Source: Balanoglossus misakiensis (taxonomy: Eukaryota > Animalia > Hemichordata). Taken from it: DNA of 64,000 nt. The notes below the pieces were generated by a model. That model made no database searches. It was not told where the DNA came from and was given only the letters and a program-made list of their open reading frames with translations. Both the position numbers and the translations under genes were made by a program. Of this stretch, positions 42,818 to 55,200 are shown one piece after another (position 1 is the stretch's first letter; every line of letters begins with the position of its first letter). The stretch covers positions 3,272,265-3,336,264 of the forward strand of contig CM082597.2 in NCBI GenBank assembly GCA_040954595.2. The letters run 5' to 3'.

Positions 42818-43837
42818 GAAGACGTGGGCAGATTTTATTTTTTTGTGCAATTCTTGAGGAAGAAGAAAAATAATGGCGTTTTTTTATAAATGAATATTTT
42901 TTAGGTCACTGACGGTCGAGCTCAATATATCCATTGTACTATTATTAGATCTGCATGATATTTTTTGTCTATCACATAAAACTCTCTAAGTCGCGGCATT
43001 AGTTGTATGCTAATACAAGTCAAACAACTCCCATGATATCTGATATTACATAGGTACACACTCAAAATCAAAAATATAAAATAATACAAAATACCAACTA
43101 AGTACAAAAAATATGTAGCCAATTTGTCTTGCCATTTATGATAAATTTTCATAAATCTTTAATGAGGCAAGTTTGTTCTTATATCACTGTATGATTTCGT
43201 TGGTGCATGGGATATATGAAATAGCTTTTCTGGAGGATGTACTGTGATCTTTATGTTGATCATGAAATAATATTGGGCGATCTCAAAGCCAGCTGACTCG
43301 AAAGCTGTTTCGCATGGATAAAACATTTTTGGAGAAATGTGACCTTTTGCTGAATTCTATTGGCAGTGTAACATAAAACAAATCTTTCCAGGATGAGATT
43401 TCTTTGTTGCATGCCATTTGTATTTCAAGTTTTCTTTTTTCATAAGAAATCAGAAATGCCAAATTGTGAAACGGGAAAAATTTATGACGGTTAGAAGATT
43501 AAGTGTTGGAGGGGGTATATTGTATGTATAAAAATGAAGCCCGTATGTGGCACAGATATTTTACAAAGAATGTTTCAGAAGGGAAAATTTAGAAGTTACG
43601 CAGTGCATGGCTAGCTCTGTTGGGAAAAACTGATGCATTTAGATGTTAATATCCAGTAGTCCTGTCTTATGAAAACTATTAAAGACATTTTCTCTGTAGT
43701 CTCAGTTATTTTCTATTTCAGAATATCCACATGTAACTACACATTTTACATGTAAAAAATATTGCACGGAGCTATGTGCATGTTTTAGTTTAACTGGAGT
43801 AACTGGCGTGTCAAAGGTCAACCTGGGTCAGAGTTCA

Positions 43838-43929
43838 TTAACCCTTCACCACCATGGTTCAGTCCAAATCCATTGTTTTCTATGGTAATGTTGGACCTCT
43901 AAACAGGGAACTGGGGGTGAAAGGGTTAA
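43838..43929 (+). mobile_element. piggyBac-type MITE copy downstream of the CBL stop
   Basis: TTAA-CCCTTCACCACCATGGTTCAGTCCAAATCCATTG ... GGGGGTGAAAGGG-TTAA. Confidence 0.85.
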
Positions 43930-44345
43930 TTAAGAGTTGGCCAAATATTTTTTTGAAACTTGCGTAAAATTACAATTTTTTGTATGATCATATTGTACAG
44001 TCTAAAGTGATTTGATATGGTATACTAAAATGACAATCAATGATATATTCAAAATTCAGTAATAATTTCATCTTCATTTGTAAAATATTCAAACTTTATT
44101 AAACTTGTTTGACTATGTACTAGTAACTTTTTTTAAATGTATCTTTTTACAGTTTTAATTTCTCCAGTCAAAAGAATGTTCTCTACAAACTAAAATGTGC
44201 CTGTTTACTAAGATTTTGCCAATTTTGACTGGGAATTCATAATCTTTGTCACATGTTTGTGAAAATAGTTCTGGGTGTAGGCTCATAACGCCCTCAATAG
44301 TGTATAGTATCAAAACATTTGTTTGATGTGGTCCTCGGTTCTGCT

Positions 44346-44462
44346 GGGGGGGGGGGGGGGGTCTCATAGCGCCATCAGTAGTGAGTGGTATCAAAACTTT
44401 TGTTTGTTAACTGGTAACATAGATATTATTTGTACACCCCCCCCCCCCCCCCCCCCCCCCCC
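44346..44462. repeat. Poly-G run followed about 75 bp later by a poly-C run
   Basis: G tract near 44346-44361 and C tract near 44437-44462. Confidence 0.85.
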
Positions 44463-45405
44463 ATGGTCAAACTAGTTTCCAATCCAGTATATATTCCAGT
44501 AACGGAAACCATTCTTAAAAACAAATTCCTCACTTCATTCAGCAACTCGATAGACATTTCGACTCATTATTTTTCAATGGTAGATGTTATTTTTTACAGG
44601 TGATTTTCAGGTCAATATTTCTGCTACTGGGTGAAATATTGACTTGTCGCTTGTTTCAACCAATCTCATTTTCACCTGACAAGAAGTTTTGTAGGTAGGC
44701 ATGTGTGAGGGAAATGGAGGACTATTGGTGCTAGTTGTTCAAAATAAGCCGTTTCATAGAAGGGGATAATTCAGAATTCATCATTTCCTATCAATGCATT
44801 TCATTTCATTGGGCATTGATTTCAGCAATTTCCATTGCATGATTTCAGCCTTACAGTTGGCCACGGGGTCAATCTACTGGTCCATCTTGATTTTAAAGGT
44901 ATTCTAGAGGTGTTTCTGTATTTATAAAAGCCAACCCATGATTGCCTTTTGTGTACATACAAGGACACATACTGCATGAATCACTGCAATTAAGAAATGG
45001 TGGAATTATGAAATTCTCAGCACGTTATCACGGATACTAGGTTCAGATGTTTTCGCTGTCACTATATTCGCTTTGTTCTGTTTGTCTTTGTGTTAATGAA
45101 AGAGAATTAAAAGAAAATCATGTATTTTGTTACCATGTTTTATGACCAAGTATCCAGAGATTCTTCAGTTATTATGTGTTTGTTTCTCTACCAAGTATTA
45201 ATTAACACTTTTGGGGGTTATAATTGCTATAAAAGAGTCAATTTTCAGCCATAAGCTCATATGTAGGCGTTAGCCATTCTATTGTCTTCAAGCTGTCAAT
45301 TGCTTGCCTGGTATTGTGTATTACCATGGCTGGTGGCAGCCATTTTGGTCAAGGGATGATGGGAAAGATGACATCAATAGTCACTCACAAACCATGAATG
45401 TTTTA

Positions 45406-45498
45406 TTAACCCTTTCACCCCCGTTTCCCGGTATAGAGGTCCAAGTTTACCATAGAAAGCAATGGATTTGGACCAGACAAGGGTGGTGAAAGGGATCA
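45406..45498 (-). mobile_element. piggyBac-type MITE copy, opposite orientation
   Basis: Reverse complement of the 43838 copy. Left TTAA intact, right TSD degenerate (ATCA). Confidence 0.8.
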
Positions 45499-46717
45499 AT
45501 AGTCATGGTAAATAGTATTTTTTAAAGTCCTTACATAACACTGACAAATCTGGTCATGTTTCATATGGAGAAAATGTACGACATTTACATCAAGGGCTGT
45601 TTTTGTTTTGTGTTTGAAAACCATTAGTTTTGCCAGCAATGTCCATGCTTTTATTTTTTTATGAAATGCTCATGTAAATGTAATGAGTTTAGCTGGAGCT
45701 ATGTAGCAAATATCTAGAGTTATACGTGTACTAGAATTCATATTTTAATGTGTCAAAAGCCAGTCATATTATATGCTGCTCCGTCAATGTTATTTTACTC
45801 ATAGAATCTGCAGTTTACCTATTTTTGTGTGGTGCTGCCTGCCTTCTTACAGGAAATCAATGGGACTATTCCATCATCCTATGATGTCGAGGGTGTTGCT
45901 ATAAAACTACTCAGCTATGTAAAAATCATGGGAAAAAAGTTTTTTTTCATTTCTGAGCAAAAATTATGTCAATGTTTAACCAGATATGCCAGTTATAACT
46001 GAACAATTTTTATGCTCACAGGTACCAGCTCGGTATTTTAACTAGTTTAACTATTACCAATTTTGCATGGATGGAACTACTGTTGCTTACATGATTAATG
46101 AACTATTACAATTTCTATCTTGGGTACGCTAGTTTTGACCGTCAAAACTAGCACTACCAGCCAAAAACAGATGATGATATAATGTTTTTATCAAGTTATA
46201 ATTGTCAGTACCTGTGTTTACCAGACAAGCGTGATTTATCAACCATAACCATTGGCTGATACAGAGTGTTAACTCAATTTGACTTGTCTGTACTGGTTTA
46301 AACTGGTTGAAATCAGTTTTGAAACCCACATTAATAATAATTTACTGGTTATTAATATTAACCAAGATATCATTGTACACTCTATGGTTAGCTGTCCTTG
46401 CTATAATGTACAAATTAGTTATGAATAGTTAAGTCTAGCATAGAAGCACTTCACTTAGCCTACCTATCTGTAAAACACAAATTATTTTTGGAATATCTTC
46501 AATTTCTTGACACTAATAAATTCATCTATGAAATTATACATTTTATTACATGTATGTGTTTATCTGTAAGGAAGTGTATGTATAATTTTATGTCCACTTG
46601 TTGTATAGAAGACCGAGTTCTGTAAGTCTCTGTGTCTGTATGATTTCAATCATGATAATCACAAGAACAATGTACAGTATATGTATGTGTAAAGATTATG
46701 CTTTATTACAGCTTGAA

Positions 46718-46802
46718 TACTTTCACCCATTTTGATTTGAACAGGCCCAATTCACCATAGAAGACAATGGATTTGGGTTAAACCATTGTGGTGAAAGGGG
46801 GT
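46718..46802 (-). mobile_element. Degenerate copy of the same MITE just after the AAR2 stop
   Basis: ACCATAGAAGACAATGGATTTGG...GTGGTGAAAGGG shared with the family; ends eroded. Confidence 0.7.
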
Positions 46803-46815
46803 AAAACAATAATGC

Positions 46816-47973
46816 TTATGGAAGGTCGACGACTGTTGGTGCGTATTCACCAGTCTCCATGTCCTCGAAGTCCCACTGGAATTTCCTGGTCAAGCTCTGT
46901 TTGAACTTGCGTCCTCGCGACTTCAGGTGTTGGCTGGCGGCCTCGGACTCCTCCAGGCTGCGGAAGAACTGCGCCAGGCAGGTGGTGAGGAAGTTGTCGC
47001 GGGTGACGATGTCCACGAAGAAGTCCCGGGGGATCTCGGAGAGCTGGAAGTAGATCGCGGTCATGAAGGCGTGGTAGAGATCGCCGTGGTTATCGAGCGC
47101 CTCTTCGCAACTGCAGAGAAGGTGGAACAGACGCTTCCAGTGTTCGAACGCGTCGTAGACTTGTCCGAGCAGGAAACAGACGAAGGCAAACTGCAGCTCT
47201 CCTATGACTCCGAACTTGTCGTCGCCGTATTTGACCCTCAGCAGTGTCTCTAAGGCGTAACTCGAATCCATGCTGTACTTTGTTATCTCAGACGGGGTCG
47301 CGCCGCTCGGGTATTTTTCCGGGATTTCCGAGAAATGGATTTTGCTGTCCGGATTGGTATGCATCTGCGGAAGCTTTTCTTCCTCGGTCGCGTCGTCGGC
47401 GACGCTCGCTTGGATTTCAGCTCTCTGTTCGGCCGTGCGCGACTCCTTGTCACACAGGAGCTCCGTTGCCGAGGCGATCTTCCCACTGTTCGGCTGCAGG
47501 ACCCGCACCAGCTTCTCCGATATCCGATTGGTCAGCGAAATCCACTGCTTCAGACTCTCGTACGGGTACGGCCCCAGATAGCTGTCCATTTCTTCGCGGT
47601 TGCTCTCGTATCGCTCCATTTCGTCCTCGGTCGGCCGGTAATCGCCGATATCCTCCATCTTCGCGTCCCACTTCTTGACCAGGATTTCGCGCTGTTTGAA
47701 GTTGTAGAAGAATCCAGTCCGAGGGGCGGCCTCCCGGAACTTGTTCACGGCGCTGTAGTACATAAAATGGACACCCGGTGGTATCATTTTGACACCGCGA
47801 AATTTAGACCCGACCGTCCACGAATTGTAATCCATCCCGAACTCTGTCCCCTCGGGTACGTTCAGAAAAACCAGTATAGCACCCTCGTGGAACAGCTTCC
47901 TTGCAGTGTCTGGGTCCATTTCTGGCACCGAATCTTCCGTTTCTGGCTTGCTGCGTTTAGAGGCTGTAGCCAT
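46816..47973 (-). CDS. AAR2: AAR2 splicing factor homolog (U5 snRNP assembly); CDS in a single exon
   Basis: MDPDTARKLFHEGA..VPEGTEFGMDYNSW.VGSKFRGVKMIPPGVHFMYYS, LGPYPYE, GELQFAFVCFLLGQVYDAFEHWK, DFFVDIV..DNFL and C-terminal EYAPTVV. Probable 5' UTR intron 47990-48685. Confidence 0.96.
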   Translation of the reverse strand: MATASKRSKPETEDSVPEMDPDTARKLFHEGAILVFLNVPEGTEFGMDYNSWTVGSKFRGVKMIPPGVHFMYYSAVNKFREAAPRTGFFYNFKQREILVKKWDAKMEDIGDYRPTEDEMERYESNREEMDSYLGPYPYESLKQWISLTNRISEKLVRVLQPNSGKIASATELLCDKESRTAEQRAEIQASVADDATEEEKLPQMHTNPDSKIHFSEIPEKYPSGATPSEITKYSMDSSYALETLLRVKYGDDKFGVIGELQFAFVCFLLGQVYDAFEHWKRLFHLLCSCEEALDNHGDLYHAFMTAIYFQLSEIPRDFFVDIVTRDNFLTTCLAQFFRSLEESEAASQHLKSRGRKFKQSLTRKFQWDFEDMETGEYAPTVVDLP

Positions 47974-48685
47974 GGTGATATCTGATTATCTATGAGGAAA
48001 ACAATGGAATGCATTAATTTGTATTCTTTTGCATAAAAACTACGGAAATTTTACCATAATGATTTCATGTAGCAAAGTAACACAAAAGTCATCAGGCCAA
48101 ATCACTTCTTTCTGCAAAAAGGTGATTTTCAGGTCATCAACCCTTCCACTGTCACACTATGTTCTTTCTCTAGAAATCTTACCTCACAATCATGGTTATA
48201 CCATGGAGGTACCTCCATGGTTATACAGAGTACATATCACTGTGTGAAAGGGCAAAAGGATGCTAGTGGATTGTACAGAATCTTAGGATTATTGTTTGGT
48301 ATATCCTCCACTGATTCTAATGCGTGTCTGTCAGTCTTTGTGACGTGTGTGCAATGGACTGATACAGGAAATGTGTATATTGTACCTAACATGATGGTTC
48401 ACTGGCCACCTGACGAAATTGTCTACTTGTCCAGTGACGTTCATGGTATGGGAAGGGAGTGTAGTACAATGTATAGTGTCGTAAGTTAGGCCAAAACATC
48501 ACCTACACCCTGTGATTCGTTTGAAATCGACGCCATGTACATTTCAATGCAACACACAACAGGTACAATGTTACAAACGGGATGAAAGAGACAACCTGAC
48601 GCGATGACGCGCGCTCCTTCAGGAGTTCGCGTTGTACACAGTCTGTGATGAAATACACACAGCGTCAATTTCGAATAAGCAATAC

Positions 48686-49243
48686 CTTATTTCAGTGTGA
48701 CACCACTGCTTTCATTGCCGTCCACAGTGACGATTACTACGTCTGCGATCGTTCCGGAACCACGAGTCGATTGCAAGACAGCGTCAAGCAAACGTTTACT
48801 TGACCTTTTCACTTGAAATGAAATTAGGTCAAAAGAACGCCCCCGTGCGGTGACAAAGTAAACTTTTCTCGACCTTAGACAAAATGATTAGTTTCCTAAT
48901 ATTATAGAGGACTAAATAGCTCTTTTTATGAGTTTTACACTGTATTGTGATGTATTTTTCTTATTGACAAGCATTTCAGCTGTGACAAGTCATACAGAAA
49001 CGTTTTTTTTTATTGTGATGTTTCTGTTGCGTTGTCTTTCTCGCCCACATTCATGAGGGCGTTACACAATGACGTCACAGAGTTCAGATAAGGAAAGGGA
49101 AGTCCCACAAGTGATGTTCATTTCACACTACGATCAACAGTCAGTCTAGTGTACACACTCAGTGGTGATCGTGGACTTTTCTCTCTCGTCCTGTTGATGA
49201 TATCACTGGAGTCTAATGACTGCTGGATTTTAATATAGTTTAG
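48686..49243. promoter_or_regulatory. Divergent promoter region and non-coding first exons of AAR2 (-) and PHLDB (+)
   Basis: Minus-strand donor AAG|GTATT at 48686 and plus-strand donor TAG|GTAAGT at 49243. CRE TGACGTCA at 49070-49077, kB-like GGGAAGTCCC at 49097-49106, TCAGT initiator-like motifs near 49141 and 49159. Confidence 0.5.
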
Positions 49244-52200
49244 GTAAGTTAACTGGGTCATATTAGATCACATTTGTCCGTTGCATTTAGCGACTTCAAA
49301 AGTCACTGGCAAGTTTACGCTGGACTTTATTGACAACACCTTCATTTATCTGTTGATCACAGAGTACGTCCGCAGTTCGGACGAGCTCAAGATACTTGAT
49401 ACGAAAACACATTTCTGCTACTGCAAAACAACGTGTACACGTGGCGTCAATCGAAAGCAAAACAAACTGGCCGGCTTGTCGATTTCACTGTGTCGATTTC
49501 ATTCGGGCAGTCGCTACAGTATGACGGTTGAAACTGCGACTTATCCACCGTGCGCGTTCAAACGGTGGTTGGTCGAGCGTGTTTACATTTTAATCGCCTT
49601 ATCTGATCAGATCTGCTTGAATGAGTAAGTTGAATAATTATCGCGCGATAAAAGAGCGAGGACTCTTGCGATTTTATCGTGCGATGTCGGACTGAAAACC
49701 ACTTGAAATCTGACAGTGCGCGATTGAAATATACTGAGCGTCGCGTCTGATTGCGTGCACGCCCACCAGCAGACGACGCGACGTCGATGAACGTACGCGA
49801 CGCAGTAGTGAATCACCCGGTGGCCTTGTCAGTATATCCGCCTACGGGGTATCATACCACACCGGTGTATTCTTCAGAACAATCAACAAAAAGTCAATGT
49901 CGGAATCTCATAAAACTGCAAGGAAGTGACACAGACTACTTCTATTGCCATGTACTGATAACATTCCTTCCCAAAAAGGTAGAGCGCATTTTTCCTAGTT
50001 TGATAAAGACAGCTAAGGTTATTTGATATGAGATTTTGCCGCAAGAAACAAATATCTGAACTTATCTGAAACAAACTGAAACATTTACAGATCAAATGAT
50101 AACAACAGTACCTGGTGTTTAGACTTCATTCATTCGGCTCTGGAGTTTTCTTAAAACAATTTAGCATTGAAAGTTGTTTATTTATTTATTATAAAGTATG
50201 CATTCCGATGTACCCGGGGACATTTGAGGTCACGGAGAGTTTCCGAACAACCGCGTTGAATTCCGGCAGTCAGCTGAAGGACAGATAACTCACTTCTCGC
50301 ATGTCGCTGGCTGTAAGGAATGATATGTATTAATAATAATACAAAACTGTTTTCTATCTAGATGTTCATATATTTGAGTAATTTTGGTGATTTTTTTGGC
50401 AAACCTAAGGGGTAATGTATGCGGACCCCCTGTCTTCCTAATATTTGTTATTCTGCCCCGAATTTCGCTTACAGCTTTAAAACAAGTTCCTTGTAAAATA
50501 AATAATTATACGAAACTGATCAGCCAATCTGTTCAATGTTTATTTTGTCAACTTATTTAAAAGAAACTTTCATAGCGCAATTTCTTTCCACTTGAAGAGC
50601 CCCAAATTATGTGTACATTTCAGCCAGTCAAGATTTCCTTGACTGAAATCAACGAGAAATAAATTTGGTACAACTTTCAAGGAAAACCTAATTAATTGAT
50701 TGATTAATTAATTAATTAATTGACTGATAAACCACATAATTGATGTAGACGTAAAACAATAAACATGCCCCCTCTCCCATAAAATGACTAGGGAATTACT
50801 AATTAAATTGAATTACGAATTAAATTGAGCTGGGTTTACTGTACTTCAGTAATTCTAGCCTTGCTGCCCACAGTAATTATTGTAGCATCTGAAAATGAAA
50901 GGAATCTCAGTAATCTGATTTGCAGATTATTTCTGAACTGTCTATGCTACAACCAGGACTGTGAGGTAGGATTTACATGATGTGGCATTGAAAGAATTCA
51001 GTTCATATTACATTTATTCACTGATTGCAACTTAAATTAAGTAACACAGAGACTGGTCAAAATATCAAAATTATTTGTATTAAATATGAAAATTGAATTT
51101 TAAAAAAGCAATATAATTTACAGAAGTATAACATGAGCCTTGCTTGTTGACCTTGAAAAGGTTAAGGTTTGTGTTCAGTCATGGTGACCTTGTAGGCAGC
51201 TTTGCTTCTGTGTAAAATACTGTGGTTGCTCAGTTTAGACCAATGGCTGTAAAATGCTTCTTTGTATGTGTGTGGGATGTACCTGGGTGGGTTTGGCAGA
51301 TTTTACACAGGCAATCTCAGGATGTGAAAGAAAGTCATTTGAGCAAAAAGCTTGTGGTCATCAGAGGTGTGATGTCATAGCAGATGTTTGTCATGGCAAC
51401 CATTTTGTCTTTCAGTTTTACAAAAAATGTAAATCTAATAAAAAAAAGCCTTTGTACCCTATAATCCCTGAAAACCTAATTTCTAGGATTATAGTGTTGA
51501 AGTCTTTCAGGTGTTGAAACCTTGGTCAACCCACAGCCCCTAGGGTCTATGGTCAACCCTCCTTCAAGATAATATTTGCCTTGGATAAATGTTTGTGAAC
51601 TTGCAGTCTGTGTGTCGAGTGTTTGCACAATGGTGGTACAGTCTACAGCCTGGGAAAACACTTCATTGCCTTCATCACATTGAAGACAGGGGAGGTTTTG
51701 TTTAGTGGACGGATTTGTCAATTGGTGACATGTCTGTCAAACATACAAGTGGTCCTCTTTACAAGTCTAAATGAGGTCAGGGTGTATGTGCGTGTGTGTG
51801 TGAAAATGTACTTGAACTTTACGCTTCACAGATACCCCTGGCTTGTATTACTAGAAAGTTGAGTGGTTGAGTTTCTGAACACTTTGCAAACTCTACAGTA
51901 GGCTGGATATTTTAAAGAAATAGGAAACCAAGCATGACTCATATAGCTCAAAAGTTTATTTTTGAATACTTAGAGGTAGACCACACAGAAAAAAATATAT
52001 TATGAAGAGTTTATAGTTAGTCCATTTCTACAGTCTCCAGTTTCCCAGTGAATCGTTATTCAAGTCATTCTGTGTTGGAATCATGAGGATAGATTCTAGA
52101 CTGATTTTTAAAAAAACGACAGCACCTTGGAGACATGTACTGTGTTGTTTGGACAGTTACATTTCCTGTCATGTGCCTTCTGGTCAGAAGCGTCTGGTTT

Positions 52201-55200
52201 TCTTTTCGTAAACATGTTTACTTGGAAACAAAAGTGCTGGGCAGTCTTGCGACAGACAGATTTGACCACAAATACTCAAGACTCTCTCACAGTCATCCCA
52301 GCCTTTCAAAACCGGTACCCAGAATTCAGAATGTTCTATGAGGCAATATGACATTATTAAATATACACTATTGACTTGTTACACACTATCTTTCCTGTGC
52401 CCCTTAATACAGACAGGAAACATAGAGTAGATCTGTACACATGATAATCTCATGTTGCCATGATAAGGAGTTTCCTGAAAATACTATCATGCAAACTCCA
52501 GACCAGACTGCTTCTGAATTAGACAGTGAATGTTGTCTAGAGCCAGGCAATTTTTCCAGACATCTGTTCATCATTGTCATAAAAATATGGGAGCACCTTT
52601 GCATACCAAAGATAGCATGTCTCACGCCATATTCAAATGACATGTTCGCTTCATGTAAAATATTAATATTTGTCTTGAAATGTGCACAGAAATCTATTCA
52701 TTTCGATGCAAGATTTCCATATGAAAATTTAAGTATCATATTATGAATGACTGTTTTCACTTTTAATTTTTAATCAAAAATTTTCCACAAAACAAAAATG
52801 ACTTTGAAATTACATTTACATAGCACCAATTCTTTAATTAATCTGACATGTTTTAACACAAGTTATGACATGTATGACTATCAAATCAACACACATAATG
52901 TTATATACAGCGTGTATAAAACAATGGATCAACACAAACATAAAAAAATATTATAACAACCGAACCATGGAATGTCATCTGTCTATGTGATTACAGAACA
53001 TTCCAAGTGAACCGTGGACAGCTTGATGACTTTGTGTCACGAGATCACAAGGTCAGTCAATATCGGCGAATTAGTTATGATTATACGGCAATTATTTCAT
53101 ACAGTTGAACAATCTAGGGCAGTTATATTTATAGTCATCATATCCAGAGATGGTCATACTGCTTCTAGTATCACAATCTGATATTTCGTAAGGATCCAAA
53201 AAATGTACAATTGTATTCATGCATTCATGAATTTTTAACGATTTATTCCAATAAGCTAAACTACAAATGCATTTTACGTTTAGAAATGAAACCATTCTTT
53301 TTCCATGTGCGCAACGCTCCATACCAAAATTTATACAGAGAAGACCCCCTTTGGTAATTTACAGGAAACCTTCCAGTCTTTGCATGGCTGCATGGACATA
53401 AAAATTGTGGACCTGGTTTCTATCCTTAGATACAGACCACTGTGTGGTTGTGAAAACAGATTACAATTCCTGTCAGAGGTAGCTTTCAGGAAACCTGCCA
53501 GCCAACGACAGCTATGTGTTACAATCATTTGTCCCAAGACTCTCTGAGTATGTAATGTCTTGCACCTGTTCTGTTTGCCTTTCCCAGCTCATATTCAGAC
53601 AACAAAAAAAGACTTCCCTTTACAACTAGACGCTAGTCGTGGACTTGTTGTTTACATACTCTCACAGAATTTATTCCCCTCTTACAAGTTGTTGAAGATT
53701 TCCTGTGAACACACCAATGTTTGAGTTGAAGTCTGTGAAACAAGAAAGTAAATTTGTATGGCCTGGCCAAATTTACCATTGCTATTTTTGCCAAATGTCA
53801 GTGGACATGTGTTTAGATAGGTTGCCTGTGTTTGTTAGAATATAAATACCAAAAGTCTGGCCAGACCTTAATATAGGTATTCTAAAAGTCATGAATAATC
53901 ACAATGAGTAAGACATCTTGTTCAAATGACTCCATATTGTCAACTTCAAGCCTCTCTGTTCCCATCATAAATTACCTCCATTGAAAAGTTTACGGTTAGC
54001 TTGACATTTAAGAGCTGTTGAACCAAAGTTAATCACCGATCCCCTCCCGGAAGACCTTTTAATCCAAATTGGGCCTAACAACCCCTGTAATCCCCATGGT
54101 ACGGCCCATCTGGCCATGGTAAATCACTGGAATATCGCACACAGCAGGGAATCCAGGGGATGGCCGGGGATCGTTAAATTATAAAAGTCATGAATGATCA
54201 CAGTACTAGAGTAGGTTATCTGTGGTATCACATCAAAGGCTGTGTATCACTAAAAAGTTTACTTTCAACAGTAGCTGGCTGATAGATAAAGAGTGATTTA
54301 AGTCTACCCATAAAAATGGCACATTGGTCCCTTCTGAGAATTGGCAGAGCAGTGTGTAATCATGTCAGATAGGCACGTCTTTGTAAAAACTAAAGAATGA
54401 TAATTAACACATGACTGGCTATCAGCATCCATGTCTCAGAAAGTAAAAAGCATTGTGGTCATTGGTAGTCTATACTACAATGTATACGATGTTCAGCAGA
54501 TTAAAATTGCTGACACAGCACTTTACAAAGCCATTGTTTGACTTTCACGCGGTTTAACATCAGTAATTAATGCGTTGACCTCTTTATGTTATTGTGAATT
54601 TTGATACTTCTATGCTTGACACGAAGAATTCAAAAAGTCGCATCCCACCTTCAAAAAGGGGAAGTGGTCACAATTTATTTTTAGTGGATCTTTATACATC
54701 CTTGTGAGTAGTTTGTGTTCAAGTTCATGATGATGAATAATTTAAACCACAGCAAAAATCGACAGCCGTGTCATGCTGCGACTGTACCATGCACACACAC
54801 TCATGAAGAGCTAGCCTTGACACCGTGTCAAGAATTCACCACATACCTCCGCAGGACATCACATTCACAGCTGTTCCCCAACCATCCAAACTCTGTCACC
54901 ATAAAAATAAAATCTACATCGATGATGGAAACACAGGGAAAGAAAATATTCCTGGACATTCCATTGGTGTGTGACGTATCGTACATGACGGGAATATTAG
55001 TATTCCTGGGAATGAGTTTTCCCAATGGAGAGAGAAAAAAAATTTCTCCTTTGGCCGAAATTTGTCGGAATGAAGAGCTCGGTGACCTTAAGACACAGTT
55101 TCAAGAGTGACTCATAGTGTGAGAGGTATTTAAGTTAGAGCTGTACAATGTTTGATACTCAGTGCCCATGGAAAATTATTGTAGAATATATCGATTTAAG

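Noticed and set aside
46927-47985. Plus-strand ORFs overlapping AAR2
   Set aside because: Antisense shadows of a GC-rich CDS.
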